DNA of 64,000 nt from an uncultured Gammaproteobacteria bacterium (GTDB taxonomy: Bacteria > Patescibacteriota > Patescibacteriia > UBA9934). The stretch is from contig CAYNYL010000005.1 in the NCBI GenBank assembly GCA_964401485.1, positions 8,158-72,157 of the forward strand, written 5' to 3'. Numbering within the stretch: the first letter of the stretch is position 1; every line of letters begins with the position of its first letter. The position numbers were made by a program, and so were the translations under genes. Shown piece by piece: positions 1 through 8,522 of this stretch. The notes beneath the pieces were generated by a model, which saw nothing but the letters and a program-made list of their open reading frames with translations, had not been told where the DNA came from and made no database searches.

Positions 1-765
1 TACTACACAAACTGGGAGGCGGGTGTACAAACCTACATAACGGAGCACAATGCAAACCTCAAGGAGGGCGAGGTCCCGATGGAAACGTGCGAAATCCCAA
101 CCGAATATGACGATGTCCATGTTCCACAAAACACTCCGGACATCTCAATTCGCTCCCCTCGAAACGGGGACAACGTCGCACGCATCGTAACGCTCGAAAC
201 GCGCTCCTCCGCCCCACGAGGGATCTCGCGCCTCGAGTACGCGATCGATGGTCTCTTCATCGTCACTTCACAACCAACCGAAAACTTCTCATTCGAACTC
301 CCGACCTGGGTTACGGCAGGCGTCCACACTCTCACCGTCACCGCCTACGACGATGTCGACAATAAAAATACCGACTCCGTCACTATAAGCGTCACTGAGG
401 GAACGGGAGCCGTTCCGCCATACACCATCTCAAACCCCTTCGACAACCAAATCATCGAGAGTGGTGGCGATCCCTATACAATTGTCATCGAGAGTCCGCA
501 AAGCGGTGGCGTCGCTTCCGTAAACCTAATTCTTACTAACCACGCGACAGGCGAGCGAACCTTCCTCTACCAGGCCTCGGAACCCGCGCCGATCATCAGC
601 GTGCCTTGGACGCCAGGAGCTCCAGGCCTCTACCTTCTTTCAACCGCGAGCTATACGTCAGAAGGTCAGCGAATCGACGGTTCACCAATACGCATCATCG
701 TACGAGAACGCGTCCAGGTTCCGGTACCGACCCCAGAAGAAACCGACCAACCACCAACGGAATAA
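1..765 (+). CDS. C-terminal fragment of a secreted protein with bacterial Ig-like repeats (the reading frame is open from base 1, so the 5' end lies outside the window)
   Basis: Frame 1 is open from position 1 (YYTNWEAGVQ...) through the stop at 765. Repeated beta-strand-rich segments (TLTVTAYDDVDNKNTDSVTISV) are typical of Ig-like/Big domains. A hairpin terminator follows. Confidence 0.5.
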   Translation, partial: YYTNWEAGVQTYITEHNANLKEGEVPMETCEIPTEYDDVHVPQNTPDISIRSPRNGDNVARIVTLETRSSAPRGISRLEYAIDGLFIVTSQPTENFSFELPTWVTAGVHTLTVTAYDDVDNKNTDSVTISVTEGTGAVPPYTISNPFDNQIIESGGDPYTIVIESPQSGGVASVNLILTNHATGERTFLYQASEPAPIISVPWTPGAPGLYLLSTASYTSEGQRIDGSPIRIIVRERVQVPVPTPEETDQPPTE

Positions 766-766
766 T

Positions 767-800
767 AAGACCGAGGCCATGCGCCTCGGTCTTATTATTC
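767..800 (+). terminator. Rho-independent terminator (GACCGAGGC-atgc-GCCTCGGTC followed by a T-rich run)
   Basis: Perfect 9-bp stem read directly in the sequence. Confidence 0.6.
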
Positions 801-1013
801 ACCTCTTCTTATTTTCATGGTAAAAACCAAGGTCGAATCAATCGACCCTCCAACAGCGGAAGGAGGTAGGGTGCAGCTACAGCCCGTAAGCCTCCGTTCT
901 TAGCCCGCTCGAAAACCGCGACAATCTCTGGATCGTACACTGGACGGCGCCCTTGTAGCCCTCCCGTCCCCACAATTCGCCCCTTCGGCGCCTCCTGTGG
1001 GGACGTTTTCGTT

Positions 1014-1451
1014 TTATTGCCCGATCTGTGCCCAGTTATACGGGGTCTCCCAAAGGCGTGCAGACACAAGCTTCGGGCTTTCCGGCAAATTCGCGATCAG
1101 CTTACTCAAACGAGTAAAAATCCAGTTCACCATGTTTTCCGCCGTCGAATCAAACGGGACAACAATGTGCTTTAAATTAGGATTTTGTTTGTAAAACGCA
1201 ACCATAATTTCATCAGTATCAGAGACCATAAACGCGTGATCACAAATATCATGAACATTCTCGTCGAGGAGTTTTTTAATATCACCAAAATCAACAACCA
1301 TCCCCCGGCTGGATAAATCTCGATCCACACTCACCTTGCCCTCAATAACAATCTCAAGAACGTATTGGTGGCCATGTAAATTAACACACTTCCCACCATG
1401 TCCATGTAGACGATGACCCATGCACCACTCAATTCGTTTAGAAATCTGCAT
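1014..1451 (-). CDS. queD: 6-pyruvoyl-tetrahydropterin synthase family protein (QueD-like)
   Basis: CxxHGH and HGHxY zinc-binding motifs (EWCMGHRLHGHGGKCVNLHGHQY). I chose the internal Met (MQISKRIEW) as the start to match the family N-terminus and to avoid overlap with the next gene. Confidence 0.75.
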   Translation of the reverse strand: MQISKRIEWCMGHRLHGHGGKCVNLHGHQYVLEIVIEGKVSVDRDLSSRGMVVDFGDIKKLLDENVHDICDHAFMVSDTDEIMVAFYKQNPNLKHIVVPFDSTAENMVNWIFTRLSKLIANLPESPKLVSARLWETPYNWAQIGQ

Positions 1452-1461
1452 ATCGGTATAG

Positions 1462-2208
1462 TTATGAGCAAAGATAGTAGCCAAGTTGTGTATCTTTGAG
1501 ATACGCGCCCCAGTAGTCTCGTCCAAATGCAACGATACCCTCACACGAAACAACAGGAGAGATTCTTTTTATAGATGAATACCCCGCCTCTTTTGCCGCA
1601 CGTTCAAATGCCTTTGGACTCACATAGAATGCATTGAGGCGACAAATCTCTTTCCCATCACCTGCATAGAGAATGATCAGATAGGGCGAACCGTCAGCCA
1701 CATCACCGTGCACAATTTTTCGAGCACCGTACTTTTTAAGATTCTTCGCGCTTGGTAAATCGATGACAAATAGAGCCTTCCCGCCTTCTCGAAGAGCACG
1801 CTTTATTTTTCTAAGAAATCTCACCAACCCTTCTCGGTCAGCCAAATAATTAACAAGAAATGGAGCATTAACGACATCCGCCCTCGGAAGTTTATCGAAG
1901 AATACGTCCCAAAGTAGATACTCTTCCCCGGGACTCGCCAACTTTTTCGCCGCAGCGATCTGGACAGGCGAAGAGTCTAGGCCGATAACACGCGCGGCCC
2001 CCTTACCGTGAAACGCGCGAGAAAAGAAACCGGAACCGCATCCAAGATCAAGGACATCTTTTCCCGAAAGATCTCCGGACGCACCAAGAACCGTTGGCAA
2101 GATCGAATAACGCTTATCAGGCTTCTCGTCACTTATCTTGTAGTACGCCGAAAGTTCATCAAAATTATTTTGGGCCAGTGTCGTTATCATAGCGCTTTCA
2201 TAGGCCAA
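1462..2208 (-). CDS. Class I SAM-dependent methyltransferase
   Basis: Motif I VLDLGCGSGFF. Typical length and fold signatures. Confidence 0.7.
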   Translation of the reverse strand: MAYESAMITTLAQNNFDELSAYYKISDEKPDKRYSILPTVLGASGDLSGKDVLDLGCGSGFFSRAFHGKGAARVIGLDSSPVQIAAAKKLASPGEEYLLWDVFFDKLPRADVVNAPFLVNYLADREGLVRFLRKIKRALREGGKALFVIDLPSAKNLKKYGARKIVHGDVADGSPYLIILYAGDGKEICRLNAFYVSPKAFERAAKEAGYSSIKRISPVVSCEGIVAFGRDYWGAYLKDTQLGYYLCS

Positions 2209-2327
2209 AAATACCTAAAACTAGTCGTTTTTGTAAAACATGGTTATAATGATTTTGCTCGTTTTACTTTGTTAATTTAAGTTTTGTTGATATTTTTCAG
2301 GTTTTTTGTAAAAAAATACTTTACACT

Positions 2328-3068
2328 ATGAATTTTTTAAGCGCCTTGCGCGGGATTGGGCTTAGCGAAAGCGACGCAAACGTCTATCTCGCGATTTTAA
2401 AGGGTGGACCATCAACGGTACTGCAAATCGCCGAAGGCTCAGGACTTACCCGACAGATGATTTATCACATTCTGCCAAACCTTCTACAAAAAGGCCTTAT
2501 AAAAAGCGTGCTTGTGAAAAAAACACGAAGATACCAGGTTGTCGACCTGGCGGCTCTTAGAGATTTCGCAGAAGAGGCGAGTAAAGCAATCATTAATATT
2601 TTACCAGAACTCAAGCGGCTCACCCCCGAACAAAGTCCAAAAGCCACCGTTCAAATTTACAGCAACACCCTCAGTATGCGAGAGTGGTACCGAAGGTTTA
2701 TCAAGGAGGCCACACCCGAAGATGAGCTGCTTGTCCTCGCAACAAACCGTGTTTGGATCAAAACCGATGAAGTCTACCTGAAAAAATTCATCGATTTCAA
2801 AAATAAGATCGGTATTCACGATAAAATCATTGCCCCTGACACAGATGCGTCACGCGCATACGCAAAAAGCATGAACCAGCCGAACGCAGAGTATCGATTC
2901 CTGAGGAAGGCCTGGAGTGACGGCGTGGAAAAATGGATTTGGAAAAACACCGTCTCCCTCCTTACAACCATCGATCACCAAGCGCAGCTCATCGTTATCG
3001 AGTCCGATGCACTCGCAACAATGGAACGTGCTGAATTTCTCGCAACTTGGCACACTCTTCCCAATTAA
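2328..3068 (+). CDS. TrmB-family transcriptional regulator (N-terminal wHTH)
   Basis: N-terminal SESDANVYLAILKGGPSTVLQIAEGSGLTRQMIYHIL matches the TrmB HTH. A C-terminal sensor-like domain follows. Confidence 0.65.
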   Translation: MNFLSALRGIGLSESDANVYLAILKGGPSTVLQIAEGSGLTRQMIYHILPNLLQKGLIKSVLVKKTRRYQVVDLAALRDFAEEASKAIINILPELKRLTPEQSPKATVQIYSNTLSMREWYRRFIKEATPEDELLVLATNRVWIKTDEVYLKKFIDFKNKIGIHDKIIAPDTDASRAYAKSMNQPNAEYRFLRKAWSDGVEKWIWKNTVSLLTTIDHQAQLIVIESDALATMERAEFLATWHTLPN

Positions 3069-3099
3069 AAAGGTGGGCCCCACCTTCATTCCCTAGCCA

Positions 3100-4245
3100 T
3101 TATTGCCGAATAGGCATGATCAAGTAAATTTGTCGCCGATCCTCTGGCATCACCCGTGGAACAAGGGTGCACGGCCGGTCCTTATCGAGAACCCCGAGTA
3201 CGAGCTCTTCCGACTCAATTGCATTCACTCCATCAAGAAGGTACCGATAGTTAAGGACAATCATCTTCGCCTCCCCATCAACCGGTCCATCAACTCCAAT
3301 CGTATTCTCTCCTCGACTCGCATCCGCACCAACGAGATCAATTCCATCGAGCGTTTCGCGAACTTTTATCGCAACATCGTTAAGCCCATTTCGTGAAAAG
3401 AGACTTGAGGTCTTAATTGCCTGCACAAACTCCTTCTTTGAGAGAAGAATTTCCGTCTTTTTCTCCTTAGGGAGAATTTGGCGATAGTTAGGGTATTGCC
3501 CCTCGATCGTTCGGCTCGTTACCCTGATATTTGCATAGGAAAAGACCATCTGCCCCTCGCCAAGATGAAGGTCAACGGTTGGTGGAGCATCCGGCTCGTC
3601 TTGATACATGGAAAGAATGCGCAGAACTTCCGCAAGCGTACGGCTTGGCGCAATAACCGAGATCGCTTCCTTTGGCCCAGACGATACCCGAGAGACGACC
3701 TCACTTAAGCGGTAGCTGTCGGTTGCCGCAAAGACCACCGACCCTTCACCCTCCTCAAGATGATTAAACGCAATGTAAACACCCGCAAGCTCCGGACGCG
3801 ACTCATTCGTCGCGGAAGCGAAGATCACCTGCGAGAGGGCCTCCTTGAGCGCCGTAATCGAGAGTCCAAACGCTACCCCTCCCTCGACCGGAGGCACAAG
3901 CGGATAATCCGCCGAAGGAATCCCTTTAATTTTCGTTTTCGCCTTCTTTGAAGCAACAAAGAGTGTGTCATCGTAAAGATCGAGATCCACTCGATCATTT
4001 GGAAGAAGTGACACGACGTCAAAGAAGAGCTTGGAGGGAACGGTATAGCTACCCTGCTGATCCACCTTTCCTCGAATCGAACAGGAGATGGCAAGTTCAA
4101 GGTTTGTCGTTACGAGCTGAATCCCTGAGGCGTCCGCTTCTATATAAACATTATTGAGAATTGGAAGATTGACGTTCTTCGTACTTGCACGTGAAACGAT
4201 TGCTAACCCCCTTTGTAAGTTCTCTTGTGTACAGGATGCTTTCAC
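3100..4245 (-). CDS. dnaN: DNA polymerase III beta subunit (sliding clamp)
   Basis: The N-terminus (ENLQRGLAIVSRAS..LPIL) and overall length are typical of DnaN. It lies immediately downstream of dnaA. Confidence 0.9.
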   Translation of the reverse strand: MKASCTQENLQRGLAIVSRASTKNVNLPILNNVYIEADASGIQLVTTNLELAISCSIRGKVDQQGSYTVPSKLFFDVVSLLPNDRVDLDLYDDTLFVASKKAKTKIKGIPSADYPLVPPVEGGVAFGLSITALKEALSQVIFASATNESRPELAGVYIAFNHLEEGEGSVVFAATDSYRLSEVVSRVSSGPKEAISVIAPSRTLAEVLRILSMYQDEPDAPPTVDLHLGEGQMVFSYANIRVTSRTIEGQYPNYRQILPKEKKTEILLSKKEFVQAIKTSSLFSRNGLNDVAIKVRETLDGIDLVGADASRGENTIGVDGPVDGEAKMIVLNYRYLLDGVNAIESEELVLGVLDKDRPCTLVPRVMPEDRRQIYLIMPIRQ

Positions 4246-4470
4246 AGTTCTTTATTTTAAATATTTTATATATAAGACAGTAATAACAGTAAGGGGTGTG
4301 GGCGGAGGGGATAACGCGAACGAGGCTTGTGGGACCTGGTGTTTTTGGGGTGTGCCCTGTGGGTTTGTGGTGTGGTTTGTCCTGGTATGGACTGGGGAGA
4401 AGTTTCGAGGGGTTTGTCGCCTCCTTGTTTCGCCCTCTTTGTCCCCTTATTTGCCCCCAGGGTTATCCCC
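4246..4470. promoter_or_regulatory. dnaA-dnaN intergenic region, a candidate second oriC module: a 40-bp AT-rich DUE-like stretch (about 4246-4290) plus degenerate DnaA boxes
   Basis: cttattttaaatattttatatataag is AT-rich. Box-like elements read in the sequence: GGGGATAAC, TGTGGGACC, TGTGGGTTTGTGGTGTGGTTTG and TTATCCCCC. Confidence 0.45.
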
Positions 4471-5907
4471 CTAGTTTGCGTAGAGCTTTTGCTTGATGAG
4501 CTCGATGTCTCGCTTGAGGGTTTCGCTTTCTGCAACCATCTCTTTAATCTTTGAGTAGGCGTGCATTGCGGTCGTGTGGTCTCGTCCCCCGAGCTCTTGT
4601 CCAATTGATGGGTACGAGCTCTTCATTTCTTCTCGTAGAAGGTACATGATGATTTGTCGCGGGAAAGCGAGGCGCTTTTCTCGGCTCTTTCCAAGAACAT
4701 GGTCCATGTCGATATCGAAATAGTCGGAAACGGTGATGATGATTTGCTTTGGAGAAATCGTCTTTTTCATTGAATCCGAACCGTAGCTCGCGATTAGGGG
4801 TTTGATCGAGTCAATCGTGGCCTTGATGTTTTTGAATTGGTGCCAGGCAATGATTTTATTTAAGGCGCCCTCGAGCTCTCGGACATTGGATTGAATGTTC
4901 TCGCAAATATAGTGGAGCACCTCGCGTTCAAGGTTTACGCCGCGATTGAGGCACTTGGCGTGGAGGATGGCAATACGTGTTTCGAGGTCAGGGGCTCCAA
5001 TATCAACAAGCATTCCCCACTCGAGACGAGAAAGAAGACGTTTTTCAAGACCGGCGATCACTTTTGGTGCGCGATCAGAGCAAATGACGATTTGTTTGTT
5101 CTCTTGATGGAGGGCATTGAACGTGTGGAAGAACTCTTCTTGGGTCCCCTCTTTTCCTGTAATGAACTGGATGTCGTCAATTAAAAGAACGTCGACATTG
5201 CGGTAGCGATCCTTGAATTCTTTGGCTTTTCCTCCGCGTACCGCTTGGATGAAGTCATTTGTAAACGTTTCACATGTTACATAGAGGGCGCGACTTCCTG
5301 GTTTTCGACGAAGGATCTCGTTTCCAACCGCGTGTAGAAGGTGGGTTTTACCAAGTCCGACGCCCCCGTAAATAAAGAGTGGGTTATAGGTACCTCCTGG
5401 TTGAGCTGCTACTGCTTGTGAGGCGGCGTGCGCGAGCTCGTTTTGCTTTCCGACAACGTAGTTATCGAAAACGTAGTGACGGTTGAGACCGCCCGCCTTA
5501 TCAAAGCCCGTTGTTTCGGCTCCCGCGAAGCTTTCGCTGGTAAATCCGAGATCTTGTGGTGCTTCTTCCGTGTGTTGTGGGCGGATATCGAGGTAGATGT
5601 GCTTTTCCGCTGGCTGTTGCTTTTCAAAAATGACCGGCTCGGGCTCGCGAGGGCGTGTTTCGATTCGGTATTCGAGATTTCGAATGGTTTGCTCCGTGAT
5701 CGATTGGAGTGTTTGTAAAATGTCACGATGATATTTCTTCTCAAGCCAGGTTTTCGTGAACGTGTTTGGAACAGCGATGGTAAATCCCTGATCGGTCACA
5801 TTCGCGATGAACGTGTTTCTAAACCAAGTAGTGAATTGGGCCTTACTGAGTTTGAGTTCAAGCTCGCCAAGGGCGGCTTGCCACAGTTCGTGGGTGTTCA
5901 TAAGCAT
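4471..5907 (-). CDS. dnaA: Chromosomal replication initiator protein DnaA
   Basis: AAA+ Walker A GGVGLGKTHLL and a C-terminal DnaA-box-binding domain. Confidence 0.95.
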   Translation of the reverse strand: MLMNTHELWQAALGELELKLSKAQFTTWFRNTFIANVTDQGFTIAVPNTFTKTWLEKKYHRDILQTLQSITEQTIRNLEYRIETRPREPEPVIFEKQQPAEKHIYLDIRPQHTEEAPQDLGFTSESFAGAETTGFDKAGGLNRHYVFDNYVVGKQNELAHAASQAVAAQPGGTYNPLFIYGGVGLGKTHLLHAVGNEILRRKPGSRALYVTCETFTNDFIQAVRGGKAKEFKDRYRNVDVLLIDDIQFITGKEGTQEEFFHTFNALHQENKQIVICSDRAPKVIAGLEKRLLSRLEWGMLVDIGAPDLETRIAILHAKCLNRGVNLEREVLHYICENIQSNVRELEGALNKIIAWHQFKNIKATIDSIKPLIASYGSDSMKKTISPKQIIITVSDYFDIDMDHVLGKSREKRLAFPRQIIMYLLREEMKSSYPSIGQELGGRDHTTAMHAYSKIKEMVAESETLKRDIELIKQKLYAN

Positions 5908-5957
5908 GAGTAGGGAATCCCCTCCAAATTAGTGACGACGGGGTCATCATATACCAC

Positions 5958-6036
5958 ATATCCACAGCTCACAAGCCGGCCATTTGTGTGGATTTTGAGG
6001 ATAACTTTGTGGATAAGTCGACTAAACTGTGGACAA
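5958..6036. promoter_or_regulatory. DnaA-box cluster upstream of dnaA and overlapping the rpmH upstream region (oriC/dnaA promoter region)
   Basis: atATCCACAg at 5958-5966, TGTGGATT at 5987-5994, TGTGGATAA (perfect) at 6008-6016, TGTGGACAA at 6028-6036. Confidence 0.7.
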
Positions 6037-6089
6037 GCGGGGGTTTGTTGACGAAAAAGGCCCCTGATGCTATAGTCAGTCTACATTTT

Positions 6090-6242
6090 ATGCCAAAGCG
6101 CACTTATCAGCCGAAAAAGCGACGACGCGCGAAAGTCCATGGATTCCGAAAGCGGATGAAATCAGCGACAGGACGCGTTGTCCTAAAGAGACGACGGGCG
6201 AAAGGACGAAAGCGTCTTACCGTGTCGGCTCGGCCACGATAA
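6090..6242 (+). CDS. rpmH: 50S ribosomal protein L34
   Basis: [23 protein letters not shown]... is the canonical L34 sequence. The true start is the internal ATG at 6090 of the longer tracked ORF. Confidence 0.9.
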   Translation: MPKRTYQPKKRRRAKVHGFRKRMKSATGRVVLKRRRAKGRKRLTVSARPR

Positions 6243-6282
6243 AAGAAGGGACAACCCCTTCTTTTTCTGTTATTCTAGCGGT

Positions 6283-6624
6283 ATGAAAATCGCAAATCAC
6301 CGACTTCGTAAAACAACCGATATTGAGCGTGCCTATAAAAAAGGCCAAAGTATTTACGATTCCGCGGTTGGTGTTAAAGTGTATCGTCGCGGAGACGCCG
6401 AGCCTATGCGCATCGCGTTTATTGTTGGGGTCAAGGTGAGTAAGCGCGCGGTTGAGCGCAATCGCCTGCGACGTCAGTATCGAGAACTTGTGCGAGAACT
6501 GATTGTTAACCCGAAACCGGGGGTTGACGTGCTTGTTCTTGTCTCGCGTCCCTCGCTTGAACTTACGTTTGCCGAAAAGCGCACGCGAATCGAGCAAATC
6601 TTGAACCGCGCAAAGCTCTTATGA
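6283..6624 (+). CDS. rnpA: Ribonuclease P protein component
   Basis: Basic ~113-aa protein directly after rpmH. Family-typical KKGQ..RLRR motifs. Confidence 0.85.
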   Translation: MKIANHRLRKTTDIERAYKKGQSIYDSAVGVKVYRRGDAEPMRIAFIVGVKVSKRAVERNRLRRQYRELVRELIVNPKPGVDVLVLVSRPSLELTFAEKRTRIEQILNRAKLL

Positions 6625-6860
6625 TCTCTCTTCGAAGCGTTGCTGTACTACCGATTCGTTTGTATCAACTCACACTTTCTCCGGACCACGGTCTTGTTTC
6701 CGTCCTCTATCCTTACGGCGCCTGTCGCTACTACCCGAGCTGTTCGGAGTATACAGCGCAAGCTATTTTGAAGTACGGAATTATTTCTGGAATTTTTCGA
6801 GGCGGAAAACGTATTCTTCGTTGCCACCCGTTCGCTAAGTCAAGGATCGATCACCCGTAA
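6621..6860 (+). CDS. yidD: Membrane protein insertion efficiency factor YidD
   Basis: YPSCSEY motif. Overlaps the rnpA stop by 4 nt, as is typical. Confidence 0.85.
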   Translation: MISLRSVAVLPIRLYQLTLSPDHGLVSVLYPYGACRYYPSCSEYTAQAILKYGIISGIFRGGKRILRCHPFAKSRIDHP

Positions 6861-7100
6861 CGGTGAAAGATCTGTTTCATCGGGTAGGCTTAGGTGCTTT
6901 GTTTTACCGCTCGCGCCAAAGAGAAAGCGAATCGATGTTTTTGGAATCCCGAGGGCTTTTGACAGGAATTGAACAAGCTCTTTATTTGCAAGCCCCCGCT
7001 CGGCAGGGGCGCGGAGCGCAATAACAAACGCACCCGATTCTTCGATTGAAAGAAGGCGGGTGCGGTTGCTTTTTGGTTTTGCGTGGATGGTGATGATCAG
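6840..7100 (-). CDS. DUF167 (YggU-like) family ORF with no canonical start codon; a possible non-ATG start (CTG at 7100) or a pseudogene
   Basis: The minus-strand frame translates to ITIHAKPKSNRTRL..VIALRAPAERGLANKELVQFLSKALGIPKTSIRFLFGASGKTKHLS, which resembles DUF167. There is no ATG, GTG or TTG between the upstream TGA and the conserved core. Confidence 0.4.
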   Translation of the reverse strand: MIITIHAKPKSNRTRLLSIEESGAFVIALRAPAERGLANKELVQFLSKALGIPKTSIRFLFGASGKTKHLSLPDETDLSPLRVIDP

Positions 7101-7101
7101 A

Positions 7102-8397
7102 TTACTTGATCATGACGCTCTTAAGGTGCTCAAGAGCCGCCTTATTCTTCAGTTGCATCTCAATGTATGCGCGATACTCTGGGGAATAAATCTGCTTCTT
7201 GGCCTCGGCATTATCTTTGTAATTTTCAGCAATGCGGTCGAGCTCCTTATCAAGCGTTTCTTCGCTAACGGTGATTTTCTCCGCTTCGATGATTGACTTG
7301 AGAACAAGCGAGGCTTTGATGCGCTCAAGCGCTCCCTTTGTGAACTCGAGTTTGAGTTCGGCGATCGATTTCCCGATCGACTTGAGGTATTCGTCGAGCT
7401 CCATTCCTCGGTCCTTGATTGTGTGCTCGAGCTCCATGACCATCTTATTCAATTCTTGATTGACAAGAAGCTCCGGGATTTCTTCAAAGGTTGATTTTGC
7501 AGAAATGGCATCGAGAATAGCCTTGTCTTGTCGGAGGGATTCGTCGTGAGTTCGCTCAGCGGTAATGTTTTCCGCAATCTTTTCCTCAAGTTCCTTTGCG
7601 GTGTTGAGACCGAGTGTCTTTGCGAACGCATCGTCAATCTCCGGGGCTTCGAGCTTGTAGATCTCGTTTACTGTCACGTCGAAATCGACATCTTTTCCTG
7701 CGAGGTGCTTTTGGTAGTGCGATTCAGGAAACGGAAGGGTGAACGAGCGCACCTCCTCTTCTTTTGCTCCGAGAAGTTTCTCGACGAGGCCTGGAATGTA
7801 GTGGGCTTCCCCGGTGTAAATTCCGTGATTTCGACCTTCTCCGCCCTCGAGTACAACTCCATTTTGTTTCATGACGAGATTGACGACCGTCTTGTCTCCT
7901 TTTTCGAGTGCACTTCCCTTTTCTTTTCGGACCTCCTTAGTTCGCATCATGCGTAGGTCACGCTTTGCGTTTTCAATGAGTTCTGGTGTTGCGGTTGGAT
8001 CCTCCTTCGCAACGGTAATCTCCTTGTAGTTTGCAAGCTTGATCACGTGAGGATAAAGCGCAACTTCTGCAGTCACGACAATCGGGTTACCTGGAGCGAG
8101 TACGTCGGTGTGAAAGTGGGGTTGCCCAACCGTCTCAAGATCCTCCTTAAGCATAGCTTCAACGAATTCGGCGCGAATAAGCTCTTCGGCGCAAGCCTCA
8201 AGAAGCGCCATTTCGCCGACGCGTTGCTTCACTGTTTCGTAGGTGGCCTTTCCTGGGCGGAAACCAGGGATTGCGCTTTGCTCGCTCATTCGGGACGCTG
8301 CGCGCTTCATTCCTTCCTCGATTCGCTCCGTATCAATCGTTAAGGTGATCTTCGCGGTATTCTTCTCTTTCTCAATGGTATATGACATAGATAGCAC
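7102..8397 (-). CDS. tig: Trigger factor
   Basis: N-terminal ribosome-binding domain (SAIPGFRPGKATYETVKQRVG). The ORF starts at a GTG; an ATG lies 3 codons in (MSYTIEK). Confidence 0.9.
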   Translation of the reverse strand: MLSMSYTIEKEKNTAKITLTIDTERIEEGMKRAASRMSEQSAIPGFRPGKATYETVKQRVGEMALLEACAEELIRAEFVEAMLKEDLETVGQPHFHTDVLAPGNPIVVTAEVALYPHVIKLANYKEITVAKEDPTATPELIENAKRDLRMMRTKEVRKEKGSALEKGDKTVVNLVMKQNGVVLEGGEGRNHGIYTGEAHYIPGLVEKLLGAKEEEVRSFTLPFPESHYQKHLAGKDVDFDVTVNEIYKLEAPEIDDAFAKTLGLNTAKELEEKIAENITAERTHDESLRQDKAILDAISAKSTFEEIPELLVNQELNKMVMELEHTIKDRGMELDEYLKSIGKSIAELKLEFTKGALERIKASLVLKSIIEAEKITVSEETLDKELDRIAENYKDNAEAKKQIYSPEYRAYIEMQLKNKAALEHLKSVMIK

Positions 8398-8494
8398 CGA
8401 GTGTACTTTGATTTTCCTTGCTTGTCAATCGCAAAAGTGCCTGTTTTTGCTTATATAAAATGGCTAACAATAGAGAAAAAGTGTTGTTTTTAGC

Positions 8495-8522
8495 TTGACG
8501 TTTTTACTCCGTCTTGTATACT
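8495..8522 (+). promoter_or_regulatory. Sigma70-like promoter TTGACG-N16-TATACT
   Basis: Read directly in the sequence. Its -10 overlaps the first codons of the tracked ORF at 8514, which implies a later true start. Confidence 0.5.
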
